The notes beneath the pieces were generated by a model that ran no database searches, was not told the DNA's origin, and saw only the letters and a program-made list of their open reading frames with translations. This document shows, piece after piece, positions 41,632-51,438 of a stretch of DNA of 64,000 bases. The stretch is from Clostridia bacterium (GTDB lineage: Bacteria; Bacillota; Clostridia; Oscillospirales; CAG-272): assembly GCA_017410065.1 (NCBI GenBank), contig JAFQRL010000024.1, positions 6,173-70,172 of the forward strand. The letters run 5' to 3'. Each line of letters opens with the position of its first letter. The stretch's first letter is position 1. A program made the position numbers and the translations under genes.

Positions 41632-43170
41632 TTAAACTCCCTTGATCTCCTTTATGAGAAGATCCAGCTCGTTTCCGTAATTTTTAATGGTGCGGATATT
41701 AAGAAGCACCTTTTCCTCGGAGGCGTGGGCTGTGGAGTGGTCTCTGTTCACCGCCATACCCGTTTCCTTAAGCGAAAGAGGAGTAAGCTTCCTTATTACG
41801 TATATGGCAATATGCCTTGCGTTTGCGATATTGTCCGTCTTTTTCTTGGATTTGATATCATCAACGGTAACGCCGTATTTCTTCGCCACCGCCGAAAGTA
41901 TTCTGTCTACCATAACGCTTGTAGGTATATTACCCGGATCAACTATGGATATTGATTTATCTATATCCTCCTTCGTTATATCCGTGCCCGTGAAGGAGGT
42001 GTAGAAATAAAGCTTTTTGAGCACGCCCTCTATCTGGCGGATATTGCTGTTGAGCCTGTCTGCCATATAATCGACAAGAGGGGGTGCTATCTTTATGCCC
42101 ATAACGTCTGCCTTCTTGCGGATGATCGCCGCGCGAAGCTCAAAGGACGGAGGCTGAACGTCAACCACAAGTCCTCCCTCAAATCTCGTTCTTAACCTAT
42201 CCGAAAGAGGTCTTATCTCCTTTGGCGGCCTATCCGAGGTGAGGATGATCTGCTTATCGTTCTCGTAGAGCACAGAGAAGGTGTGGAAGAATTCCTCCTG
42301 GGTCGCCTCCTTGCCCGCAAGGAACTGGATATCGTCTATAAGCAGAACGTCTGCCGAGCGGTACTTCTCCTTGAAGGGAGCCGTGAAGCCCGAGGCTATC
42401 GCCTCGATAAGCTCGTTTATAAAGGTCTCGCTCTTTTTATATACTATCTTAAGGTCGGGGTGATACTGCCTCATGTGGTTCATTATCGCATAAAGCAGGT
42501 GAGTTTTCCCGAGACCCGAGTTACCGTGAATAAAGAGGGGGTTATAAGCGCAGGGCTCCTTCGCAACCGCAAAGCAGGCGGCTCTCGCGTATTTATTCGA
42601 TTCGCCGACTATGAAGTTATCGAAGGTGTAATCGTCAAGCAGGGTGTGCTTTTCCGCGGGATGGGTGCTGAGTATCTGCTCAAGCTCCTTCTCCTTTTTG
42701 AGATCCTCCTCGTCTACCTCCTCAATAAGCTCCTTGATCTTCTTTCTGTCTATCACCTTGTACTGATCGACCTCGGGGGTGTCCTTGCCGAAAAGCAGCT
42801 TATCGGTGATGGGAAAGACTATCTTTTCCTGAGGCTCCGTGAAGAACCTTAACGGGGGAGTGGGCTCTCTGAATTTCGGGGGAGGAAGGAGGGATTCGCC
42901 CTCGTTTGCCTTGCCTGTGTCCATAACCTGAAATTCTATTTCAACAGGGAAGCCTATCACCTCTGTGAGAGCTTTCCTGATGTCTTCTAAATATCTTTCT
43001 ATCAGCACCTTTTTTCTAAGCTCGGTGAGGGTGGAGAAGACCGCCTTTTCGCCGTTGAGGCTGATGAGATTCATCTCTCCGAACCAAAGCTTGAATGAGG
43101 TCTGATTTATGGCAACCTTCGCCTTTATCTCTTCTCGCACAGCTTCTGTGATGGCTAAAAGATCATCCAT
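41632..43170 (-). CDS. dnaA: Chromosomal replication initiator DnaA (long domain II, divergent domain IV)
   Basis: YTFDNFIVG, YNPLFIHGNSGLGKTHLL, LLIDDIQF, QEEFFHTF, RLRTRF, RDHST. Confidence 0.97.
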   Translation of the reverse strand: MDDLLAITEAVREEIKAKVAINQTSFKLWFGEMNLISLNGEKAVFSTLTELRKKVLIERYLEDIRKALTEVIGFPVEIEFQVMDTGKANEGESLLPPPKFREPTPPLRFFTEPQEKIVFPITDKLLFGKDTPEVDQYKVIDRKKIKELIEEVDEEDLKKEKELEQILSTHPAEKHTLLDDYTFDNFIVGESNKYARAACFAVAKEPCAYNPLFIHGNSGLGKTHLLYAIMNHMRQYHPDLKIVYKKSETFINELIEAIASGFTAPFKEKYRSADVLLIDDIQFLAGKEATQEEFFHTFSVLYENDKQIILTSDRPPKEIRPLSDRLRTRFEGGLVVDVQPPSFELRAAIIRKKADVMGIKIAPPLVDYMADRLNSNIRQIEGVLKKLYFYTSFTGTDITKEDIDKSISIVDPGNIPTSVMVDRILSAVAKKYGVTVDDIKSKKKTDNIANARHIAIYVIRKLTPLSLKETGMAVNRDHSTAHASEEKVLLNIRTIKNYGNELDLLIKEIKGV

Positions 43171-43208
43171 TAATTATACCTCCCGATCGTAATACTATAT
43201 ATAGTATT

Positions 43209-43237
43209 ATTATATCATAAAGATAATAAAAAATCAA
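43209..43237 (-). promoter_or_regulatory. sigma-A promoter of dnaA
   Basis: Minus strand TTGATT-17 nt-TATAAT with TG extension. Confidence 0.65.
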
Positions 43238-43302
43238 TAGGGAAGGTAAAAAAATGTTGACATTTCCGTTATTTTATTTCTGCCTCAAATTATAATAAAG
43301 GT

Positions 43303-43674
43303 TTACATTCTTTTTGACCTCGGCTTGAAGATAAGAGCCGATAAAAGACCCATTATAAGAGCCAGCGTGACCCCTGCCGCCGCCGCGGAGAGACCGCCCG
43401 AGAGAATACCTATCGCGCCCTCGGATATAATAGTCTCCCGAACGCCTCGCCCGATAGCCGCGCCGAAGCCGATGAGGGGTATTGAAATACCCATACCGAA
43501 TATGGGCAGAAGCAGGTCGTATAGCCCGACGGCGTAAACGAGCACACCCAGGGAAACGTAGAGCACGAGTATCCTCGCGGGAGTGAGGGAGGTAAGATCT
43601 ATCAGCAGCTGCGCGACGGTGCAGAGCGCACCGCCCATCAGGGCTGCAAGAATTATTTCATATATAGCTTGCAT
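43303..43674 (-). CDS. spoVAE: Stage V sporulation protein AE (SpoVAEb)
   Basis: GGALCTVAQLLIDLTSLTPARILV, IPLIGFG, C-terminal IFKPR; start at ATG 43674. Confidence 0.88.
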   Translation of the reverse strand: MQAIYEIILAALMGGALCTVAQLLIDLTSLTPARILVLYVSLGVLVYAVGLYDLLLPIFGMGISIPLIGFGAAIGRGVRETIISEGAIGILSGGLSAAAAGVTLALIMGLLSALIFKPRSKRM

Positions 43675-43700
43675 ATTTTTCTCCTTTTTTGGATATTTCT

Positions 43701-44702
43701 TTACTGTGAGCACTCAATTCTTATAAGCGGTGCGATGCCTGCAATATTCTGCTTTTGCAGAAGGCTTTGAGGGCTCATCAGAGCACCTGTGGATAAAAAG
43801 AGAATTCGTCTGTATTTCTTCTCCCTCATCTCGGGAATGAAATGTGCGGCAAGGGTCGCCGCGGAGGTGCCGCAGCCCGAGGCTCCCGAGTGAACGTCGG
43901 AATTCTTCATATCGTATAGCATAAGTCCGCAGTCGGTGTGAAGCCGCTCCGAGCCTGGGAGCTCCCGTGAGAGAAGCTCGCGGAGAATATCCGAGCCAAC
44001 GGCACCGAGGTCGCCTGTTACGATGGCGTCAAAATCGGTGATAGACGCGCCGCTCTCCCTAAAATAGGAGATAATAGTGTCTGCCGCCGCAAAGGACATA
44101 GCTCCGCCCATATTCGAGCCGTCGGTGGTGCCGCCGTCAACTATCCTGCCCACCATAAGCTCGGTGATCCTCGGCTCTCTTTCGTCTCTGCCGAGAATAA
44201 ACGCGCCGCCTGCCGTGGAGGTCCATTGAGCCGAGGGTGCTCTCTGTCCGCCGTATTCTATTGGAGTTCTGAACTGCCTTTCCGCCGCGGAGTTATGGGA
44301 GGTGGTAACAGCCGCACCGTAGCGCATATCGGCGTGAGCTTCCATCATAGCGGAGAGCACGAGCAAGGCCTCGGTACAGGTGGAGCAAGCACCGTAGACC
44401 CCGAGAAAGGGAACACCGAAGCCCGATAGTCCGAGAGAGGTGCCAACGCATTGATTCTGAAGATCCCCCGCCACAAGCAGGGAAAGCTCGTTATGTGAAA
44501 GATTAGCCTTGGTGAGGGCGGTGTTCAGAGCCAGCTTACCCATCTCGCCCTCCGCTCGCTCGAAGGTATCCTGCCCGAAGGTGTCCGTCATATCGCAAAA
44601 ATCAAAACGCTCCCCGAGAGGACCGCGCCTCTCCTCATAGCCTCCGACCGCCGCCACCGAGCAAAATGAAACCGTTCTTTTCAGCTTAATTATTCTGTTC
44701 AT
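43701..44702 (-). CDS. spoVAD: Stage V sporulation protein AD
   Basis: AGDLQNQC, GVYGACST, AERQFRTPIEYGGQRAPSAQWT, TGDLG, SGCG, TGALMSP. Confidence 0.93.
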   Translation of the reverse strand: MNRIIKLKRTVSFCSVAAVGGYEERRGPLGERFDFCDMTDTFGQDTFERAEGEMGKLALNTALTKANLSHNELSLLVAGDLQNQCVGTSLGLSGFGVPFLGVYGACSTCTEALLVLSAMMEAHADMRYGAAVTTSHNSAAERQFRTPIEYGGQRAPSAQWTSTAGGAFILGRDEREPRITELMVGRIVDGGTTDGSNMGGAMSFAAADTIISYFRESGASITDFDAIVTGDLGAVGSDILRELLSRELPGSERLHTDCGLMLYDMKNSDVHSGASGCGTSAATLAAHFIPEMREKKYRRILFLSTGALMSPQSLLQKQNIAGIAPLIRIECSQ

Positions 44703-44791
44703 AACCTATCCTTGATAACATTATTTGAAATATAAGGCGGACGGCGCATCAGCCCGCCGCCGCCCGCCGTGCCGTCGGAAATTGCGACACC

Positions 44792-45241
44792 TTACAGCAT
44801 TTGGGCAATAAGCCGCGCGGCGAAAAATATAATTCCGTAGACCACCCCCGAGGCTACCCCGAAAAGTATAACCGGACCTGCCACGGTGAAAATTTTAGAG
44901 CCCACACCCAGCACCGTCCCCTCGCTCTCCGAGTCCATAGCCTCCGAGGTAACGGCGTTTGAAAAGCCCGTGACGGGAACGAGAGTTCCCGCTCCCGCGT
45001 GGCGTGCTATCCTGTCGAAAACGCCGAAGCCCGTGAGGGCAGAGCCGATGAAAATAAAGATGAGAGTAACCAGGGTCGCCGAGGCTCGCGCGTCCCCGAT
45101 ATAGCTCTGCAAAAGACGGAATATTATCTGCCCCGAGCCGCAGATAATACTGCCGAAAATGAATGACATTACAGCGTTTTTTAATACACGGGTATGGGGT
45201 GAATGCTTTTTTATCAGCCTTTTTTTCTCATTTGCTTCCAT
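44792..45241 (-). CDS. spoVAC: Stage V sporulation protein AC
   Basis: AGAGTLVPVTGFSNAV, GVGSKIFTVAGPVILFG. Confidence 0.92.
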   Translation of the reverse strand: MEANEKKRLIKKHSPHTRVLKNAVMSFIFGSIICGSGQIIFRLLQSYIGDARASATLVTLIFIFIGSALTGFGVFDRIARHAGAGTLVPVTGFSNAVTSEAMDSESEGTVLGVGSKIFTVAGPVILFGVASGVVYGIIFFAARLIAQML

Positions 45242-45442
45242 ATTTTTCTCCAAATTCCGAATTGTTTATCAGCTTTACTATTCGATGATTTTAAGGGAAA
45301 TATTCAGGGAGTGAGAAAAAAGCCGCAAAAAAATCCGAAAGTCCTCTTGATTATGACCGAAATATATGATAGAATATATCATAGTAAGAAAGCATCGGGC
45401 AAGCTTATTTTGATGGCTTGACTCTCGGGAAAAGGAGGAGTT

Positions 45443-45802
45443 ATGCAGGATAACGAAAAAAAGACCGCCGCGGAGGGCGAGGATATCTTTGGCGGCGTTT
45501 ATAAGGACGTTATGGAGATGAAGAGCAAGAGCAGGCTCTGGTCTGTTATCGCCCTTGGGCTCGGCATACTTTCGGTTGCCTTAAGCTTTGTTTTCTGGCT
45601 GGGTCTCCTTTTCGGTATAGCGGCTATTATTGCCACGGTGGTATCCAGAATAAACCTTGGGTATTTCGACCGCATCTCGGTGGCGGCTCTCATCATCTCT
45701 ATTTTCGGAGTGGTCTGCTCGCTTATCGTTATGATCGGCACCATAGTCCTTGCAAGCAACCCCGCTCTTGCCGAGGCGTATAATAAGCTTTTCGGGAAAT
45801 GA
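45443..45802 (+). CDS. Small membrane protein (DUF4190-like)
   Basis: RBS AGGAGG; SVIALGLGILSV... three hydrophobic segments. Confidence 0.65.
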   Translation: MQDNEKKTAAEGEDIFGGVYKDVMEMKSKSRLWSVIALGLGILSVALSFVFWLGLLFGIAAIIATVVSRINLGYFDRISVAALIISIFGVVCSLIVMIGTIVLASNPALAEAYNKLFGK

Positions 45803-46078
45803 GCCTTAAGTAATGAGCCTTAAGTAAAAAGTGGGCAAAATAATAAAGAGAGAGTATTTCGGATTGATTGTGCTAAAGAGGAATTTTGATCCTTTAGCTC
45901 ATCTGCCGAGCCGCTCTCTCTTTTGCTTTTTGAAAAAGAAATTTTTAACCGCCGTCAAGCTTTGTGAGATATGAATTTCAGAGGCACTTTAAGCGCATAA
46001 TCATAATGATGTTATAATAGCAGAGGAACACCTAAAATATTAATAAAATAGTTAAAATTTTAACTTATGGGAATTCGG

Positions 46079-46107
46079 TTGACAGAAGAGCCTTTTTGTT
46101 GTATAAT
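46079..46107 (+). promoter_or_regulatory. Consensus sigma-A promoter of the rnf operon
   Basis: TTGACA-17 nt-TATAAT. Confidence 0.8.
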
Positions 46108-46191
46108 ACTATGAGGAATACTGAAAATTTTCGTAAAAATGCGAAAAACTTTCGATTTTGATAAAAATATTAAGGAGAATGGAGAAAAAGT

Positions 46192-47511
46192 ATGCCACGT
46201 TTTATGCTGGGTAGAACACACGTACCCCATAGAAAAAACACCGCAGAGGCTCCCGCACAACGTATGCCCGCGCCCGAGCAGGTAGTCATACTCACCTCGC
46301 AGCATATCGGCGCACCCGCGACGCCTATCGTTAAGGCAGGAGATACGGTATACGTCGGAACGAAGATCGGCGAAGCCTCGGGCTACGTCAGCTCTCCCAT
46401 ACATTCTTCCGTTTCGGGTAAGGTCAAGAAAATAGAGCCTCACCTTCTTTCAAACGGCAGAAGCTGTATGGCTATAATCATCGAGTCCGACGGTCAGATG
46501 ACTCCCGACCCCGAGATCAAGGCTCCCACCGTTGAGAATATAGACGACCTCGTTTCAGCTGTCAGAGAATCGGGACTTGTGGGTCTCGGAGGAGCAGGCT
46601 TCCCAACAGCCGTTAAGCTTGACGCGGAGAAAAAGGGTCTTATAGATCAGATAGTTATCAACGGAGCGGAGTGCGAGCCCTACATCACAAGCGACACACT
46701 CACTATGATAGCCAAGGCAGATAAGGTCAAGGCAGGCGTTGAGATACTTGAAAAATTCATCAGCGCAAAGAATATCGCCATAGGAATTGAGGCTAATAAG
46801 CCCGAATGTATAGCAAAGCTCACGGAGATCTTTGCTGACGACGATAAAGTAACCGTCATCCCTCTCCCCTCAACCTATCCCCAGGGAGCGGAGAAGATCC
46901 TTATTCATAACACCGTCGGCAGAGTTGTGCCCGAGGGAAAGCTTCCTGCGGACGTCGGCTGCCTCGTTATGAACGTCACCTCGGTGGCATTCCTTGCGGA
47001 ATATCTTGAAACGGGTATGCCCCTTGTTGAAAAGTGCGTCACCGTTGACGGCTCGGCTATAAAAAATCCGATGAACGTTATCTGCCCTATCGGCACGTCC
47101 ATCGAAAAGCTTATTGAGTTCACGGGCGGCTTCAAGTCCGAGCCCGGAAAAATACTCTACGGCGGACCTATGATGGGTATTTCGGTCTACACCACCGAGG
47201 AGCCCATAATGAAAAACAATAACGCCATCGTTGCCTTCAATAAGAAGGATGCAAAGCTTCCTCCCTCCCGCAATTGCATACATTGCGGCAGATGCGTTGC
47301 GGCTTGCCCGATGGGCTTGAATCCCACACTCTTTGCAAGGGCAATGAAGGTTGAGGATAGCAGAGAGAGAGTGGCAAGGCTGAACGAAGCAAAGCTTATG
47401 CTCTGTATGGAGTGCGGCTGCTGCTCCTTCGTTTGCCCCTCGGTACGTCCTCTCGTTGAAACAAACCGCCTTGCAAAGGCAGAGCTGCGCGCGGCGCAGG
47501 CAAAGAAATAA
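46192..47511 (+). CDS. rnfC: Rnf complex subunit C
   Basis: QHIGAPA, GLVGLGGAGFPT, NGAECEPY, YPQGAEK, GGPMMG, two 4Fe-4S motifs. Confidence 0.96.
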   Translation: MPRFMLGRTHVPHRKNTAEAPAQRMPAPEQVVILTSQHIGAPATPIVKAGDTVYVGTKIGEASGYVSSPIHSSVSGKVKKIEPHLLSNGRSCMAIIIESDGQMTPDPEIKAPTVENIDDLVSAVRESGLVGLGGAGFPTAVKLDAEKKGLIDQIVINGAECEPYITSDTLTMIAKADKVKAGVEILEKFISAKNIAIGIEANKPECIAKLTEIFADDDKVTVIPLPSTYPQGAEKILIHNTVGRVVPEGKLPADVGCLVMNVTSVAFLAEYLETGMPLVEKCVTVDGSAIKNPMNVICPIGTSIEKLIEFTGGFKSEPGKILYGGPMMGISVYTTEEPIMKNNNAIVAFNKKDAKLPPSRNCIHCGRCVAACPMGLNPTLFARAMKVEDSRERVARLNEAKLMLCMECGCCSFVCPSVRPLVETNRLAKAELRAAQAKK

Positions 47512-47523
47512 GGAGGTAGAAAA

Positions 47524-48462
47524 GTGAATAAGCTTGTCGTTTCATCGTCACCCCATATCCACACGGCTGCCTCTACCCAGAGGATAATGCTTGACGTGCT
47601 TATTGCCCTTGTCCCCACGGCAGTTGCGGGCACGGTCATCTTCGGTCTCCGAGCACTCCTCGTGATTCTCACCTGTGTTGCTACCTCCGTTCTCGCAGAG
47701 TTCCTTTTCAACCTCATTCTCAAAAAGGGTGAGACTATCTCGGATCTCTCCGCGGCGGTAACAGGTCTTATCCTTGCTCTTAACCTTCGTGCAGACGCCC
47801 CTATATGGCAATGCATCGTGGGCTCTGTTTTTGCGATAGTCGTGGTCAAGTGCCTCTTTGGCGGTCTCGGCTGTAATTTCGCAAACCCTGCGGCAACCGC
47901 GAGAGTCTTTATGCTCATCTGCTTCACAGGCACCCTGAGCGGCGGTATGGCTCCCGTTATCACCTCATCCCCCGAGCTTACCTCGGGCGCAACTCCCCTT
48001 GCAGTCCTTAAGGCAGGCGGCGAGCTTCCCTCAATGCTCGATATGCTTCTCGGACTTAAGGGCGGTGCGATCGGCGAGGTCTGCGGCGCGGCTGTTATAG
48101 TTGGATTTATTTATCTCGTTATCAGAAAAGTAATTCATTTTGAAACTCCCCTTATCTTTGTTGGCACCGTGTTCGTGCTTTCGCTTATCGTAGATAACAG
48201 CTTCACCGTTGCTACCTATCAGGTGCTCTCGGGCGGACTTATCTTCGCGGCTGTGTTTATGGCGACCGACTACGTAACCACCCCCATCACAAGAACGGGC
48301 AAGATGATATTCGCCTTCGGCTGCGGACTTATCACCTTCCTTATCAGAGCCTTCGGCTCTTATCCCGAGGGAGTTTCCTTCGCTATCCTTCTTATGAACA
48401 TTCTCTCTCCCTATATTGAAAAATGGACGGCAAAGCGTCCCCTGGGAGGTAATGCTAAATGA
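47524..48462 (+). CDS. rnfD: Rnf complex subunit D
   Basis: SSSPHIH, FGGLGCNFANPA, SGATPL (FMN Thr), FMATDYVTTP, YPEGVSFAIL. Confidence 0.95.
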   Translation: MNKLVVSSSPHIHTAASTQRIMLDVLIALVPTAVAGTVIFGLRALLVILTCVATSVLAEFLFNLILKKGETISDLSAAVTGLILALNLRADAPIWQCIVGSVFAIVVVKCLFGGLGCNFANPAATARVFMLICFTGTLSGGMAPVITSSPELTSGATPLAVLKAGGELPSMLDMLLGLKGGAIGEVCGAAVIVGFIYLVIRKVIHFETPLIFVGTVFVLSLIVDNSFTVATYQVLSGGLIFAAVFMATDYVTTPITRTGKMIFAFGCGLITFLIRAFGSYPEGVSFAILLMNILSPYIEKWTAKRPLGGNAK

Positions 48463-50090
48463 ATATGAAGAATATTTTCAAAAAAGAAAACCTTAAGCCC
48501 GTCATAGTTCTTCTCGCTATATGCGTTGTCGTTGCGGCTCTTCTCGGCGCGGTAAATCTTCTCACCGAGGAAAGAATTGAAGATAACGAGCAGCAAAAGG
48601 TCTTTGAGTCTCTCAAGGAGGCAATGGACGGACACATCACTCCCATCAAAAATCTTCCCGACGGCACTCCCAAATCCGTAACGGGTATGTACGAGGTCAG
48701 GGAAAACGCAAGCTCGGATACCCTCAAGGGCAAGATCGTCACCCTTGTGGTCAAGGGCTACGCAGGCGACATTTCAATGACTGTTGGCGTTAAGGCTGAC
48801 GGAACTGTATCAAAGGTGGTCATCACCAGCCAGTCCGAGTCTCACGGTAAGGCGGGAATGGCAAGCTACCCCGATAAATTCAAGGGCGTCGGTGCAGACG
48901 AGGTGGGCTCGGTAGAGCTCTTCACAGGTGCAACCGTATCGTCCACGGCTATAAGAGGCGGAGTTGCCGACGCGATCGCCGCCGCCACAGGCGCAGGCTC
49001 GTCCGAGCCCGAGGAGGAGGAGACTCTTCCGAAAACCGATGCGGAGATCATAGCTCTCTCCAAGACTCTTATAGGAGCAGATATAGCTCTCACCGATATC
49101 ACCCCCGAGGAGGGTAACACCTACCTTAAAAGGCTCTATAAGGCTGACGGAAAGGGCTATATTGCCTATCTTCTCGTTATCTCTCCCGAATACGGTACAC
49201 CCGAAACCGAAACCCTCATTCATTTCGATAATTCGGGTAAGATAGTTGCTGTAAATAAGCTCACCTGGAAAACAAGTGACGCTATCTACGGCTACGAGCC
49301 TCCCACAGAGGAGACCGTAAACGCCTTCTACGATAAGCTTGCAGGCAACACCTCCGCAAGCTTCGCCGAGAAATTTGTTAAGGCGGAGGGCGAGGATAAA
49401 GAGGTTGAGCACGTATCCAACGCAACCAACACAACGAACAGGCTCGTTGCTTCCATTTCAGAGGCATTCACCTTCGTTGACGAGCTTGTGAGACTCGATA
49501 TGCCCCGCGAGGAGTCCGAGGTCATCGAGCTTTCAAAGGCTCTCGTTGGAGAGGGAGCGACCCTCACCGACATCACTCCGAAAAGCGGTAACACCTACCT
49601 TAAAAGACTTTATAAGGCAGGCGAGGAGGGCTTCGTTGCTTACCTCGTTGTTATCTCGCCAAACTACGGCACGCCCGAAACCGAAACTCTCATTCATTTC
49701 GATAATTCGGGTAAGATCGTTTCGGTCAATAAGCTCACCTGGAAAACAAGTGACGCCATCTACGGCTATGAGCCTCCCACAGAGGAGACCGTAAAAGCCT
49801 TCTACGATAAGCTTGCAGGCAACACCTCCAAAAGCTTCTCAGAGAAATTCATTAAGGCAGAGGGCGAGGATAAGGAGGTCGAGCACGTAGCTAACGCAAC
49901 CAATACAACAAACAGACTCGTAGCATCCATCGCCGAAGCCTTCGACTTCGTTGACGGACTTACACAAACGGCAGAGCAGGGCGGCTCGAACGGTGCAAGG
50001 ATCGTGGGAATAATCATTCTTTCCCTTGGTATTCTTTGCCCTGTCGGTCTTGCTGTGTTTAAGAAAATAAGAGGGAGGAAGGAAAATTGA
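48459..50090 (+). CDS. rnfG: Rnf complex subunit G, extended (one canonical plus two duplicated FMN-binding-like domains, extra C-terminal TM)
   Basis: Position between rnfD and rnfE; N-terminal TM, KGYAGDI, FTGATVSS; 158-aa duplicated region (474-nt offset). Confidence 0.85.
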   Translation: MNMKNIFKKENLKPVIVLLAICVVVAALLGAVNLLTEERIEDNEQQKVFESLKEAMDGHITPIKNLPDGTPKSVTGMYEVRENASSDTLKGKIVTLVVKGYAGDISMTVGVKADGTVSKVVITSQSESHGKAGMASYPDKFKGVGADEVGSVELFTGATVSSTAIRGGVADAIAAATGAGSSEPEEEETLPKTDAEIIALSKTLIGADIALTDITPEEGNTYLKRLYKADGKGYIAYLLVISPEYGTPETETLIHFDNSGKIVAVNKLTWKTSDAIYGYEPPTEETVNAFYDKLAGNTSASFAEKFVKAEGEDKEVEHVSNATNTTNRLVASISEAFTFVDELVRLDMPREESEVIELSKALVGEGATLTDITPKSGNTYLKRLYKAGEEGFVAYLVVISPNYGTPETETLIHFDNSGKIVSVNKLTWKTSDAIYGYEPPTEETVKAFYDKLAGNTSKSFSEKFIKAEGEDKEVEHVANATNTTNRLVASIAEAFDFVDGLTQTAEQGGSNGARIVGIIILSLGILCPVGLAVFKKIRGRKEN

Positions 50091-50842
50091 AAAAACAGAA
50101 AAAGCTTTCCATTCTTCTTCGCGGTCTTATAGCTGAAAACCCTGTTCTCGTGCTTGTGCTGGGCACCTGTCCCACCCTCGCGCAAACAGGCAGCGTTATC
50201 GCCGCTCTTTCAATGGGTATTGCGGCAACCGTGGTTCTCGTTTGCTCAAACGTGGTTATATCCGCTCTCCGCAAGATCATACCCGACACCGTCCGTATCC
50301 CCTGCTATATAGTAGTTATTGCGGGCTTCGTTACGATAGTCCAGCTATTGATGCACGCATATCTGCCCGATCTGTATGAAATGATGGGCGTTTATCTTGC
50401 CTTGATAGTCGTTAACTGTATCATTCTCGGCAGAGCCGAAATGTTTGCAAGAAAGAATAACGTCATAGATTCCGCGCTTGACGGTCTCGGAATGGGTCTC
50501 GGCTTCCTTCTTGCTCTGGTCGCTATGGCAACCATTAGAGAGGTCCTTGGCGCAGGCAGCTTTGCGGGAATTAAGATCCCCTTCCTTCAGGACTACACCC
50601 TTCCCATTCTCACGATGGCACCGGGCGGCTTCCTTGTTTTCGGTATTCTTATTGCAGTCATCAATAAGATCGGCCCCAAAAAGGGCGCACAGAAGCGCAA
50701 GGAGTTCTCCTGCGAGGGTTGCCCCTCCGCCGCTCTTTGCGGCAAGGTCTCCTGTGCTGAAAACGTTGAGCTCACAGAGATCACCAAGCCCGAAATAGTC
50801 ACGAATAAAGAGGAAAAGGAGGGCGAGGCTAATGGAAATTAA
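50087..50842 (+). CDS. rnfE: Rnf complex subunit E
   Basis: ENPVLVLVLGTCPTLA, VRIPCYIV, LIVVNCIILGRAE, APGGF; Cys-rich C-terminal tail. Confidence 0.95.
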   Translation: MKKQKKLSILLRGLIAENPVLVLVLGTCPTLAQTGSVIAALSMGIAATVVLVCSNVVISALRKIIPDTVRIPCYIVVIAGFVTIVQLLMHAYLPDLYEMMGVYLALIVVNCIILGRAEMFARKNNVIDSALDGLGMGLGFLLALVAMATIREVLGAGSFAGIKIPFLQDYTLPILTMAPGGFLVFGILIAVINKIGPKKGAQKRKEFSCEGCPSAALCGKVSCAENVELTEITKPEIVTNKEEKEGEANGN

Positions 50843-51428
50843 GACCCTGTTATATATACTTCTCACAGGCGTTTTCGTTAATAATTACGTTCTTCAGAAG
50901 TTCCTCGGAATCTGCCCCTTCCTCGGTGTTTCAAAGAAGTTTGATCAGGCATCGGGTATGGGTATTGCCGTAACCTTCGTTATGCTTTGCGCAACCGCGG
51001 TTACTTGGCCCATCAATGAATACGTGCTTGGCACCGACCTTGCATATCTTCAGACCATCGTATTCATTCTCGTTATTGCGGCACTGGTTCAGTTCGTTGA
51101 GATCGTTCTCAAAAGGTTCATTCCCGCTCTGCATAAATCCCTCGGAGTTTATCTCCCTCTTATCACCACAAACTGCGCGGTTCTCGGCGTTGCCATCAAC
51201 AATATCACCGATGGCTACAGCTTCCTTGAATCTATGTTCTCCTCTCTCGGAGTAGGTATCGGCTTCCTTCTTGCAATGGTTCTCTTTGCGGGAGTTCGCT
51301 CAAGGATCGAGAATTGCCCCTCACCCAAGGCTATTCAGGGCTTGCCTATCACACTCATTGCCGCTTCGATCGTGTCTCTTGCGTTCTTCGGCTTTGCAGG
51401 CGTTATAGACAACCTGCTTGGAATGTAA
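50832..51428 (+). CDS. rnfA: Rnf complex subunit A
   Basis: NNYVLQKFLGICPFLGVSK, LGVYLPLITTNCAVLG. Confidence 0.96.
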   Translation: MEIKTLLYILLTGVFVNNYVLQKFLGICPFLGVSKKFDQASGMGIAVTFVMLCATAVTWPINEYVLGTDLAYLQTIVFILVIAALVQFVEIVLKRFIPALHKSLGVYLPLITTNCAVLGVAINNITDGYSFLESMFSSLGVGIGFLLAMVLFAGVRSRIENCPSPKAIQGLPITLIAASIVSLAFFGFAGVIDNLLGM

Positions 51429-51438
51429 GGAGGTTATT

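Noticed and set aside
45799-45826. 14-bp tandem duplication ATGAGCCTTAAGTA at a stop codon
   Set aside because: Could be an excision footprint, but there is no supporting element; most simply local slippage.
47025-47033. Isolated TGTTGAAAA inside rnfC (another lies inside the AAA ATPase gene)
   Set aside because: Single coding-region matches are expected by chance; only clustered intergenic copies were counted.
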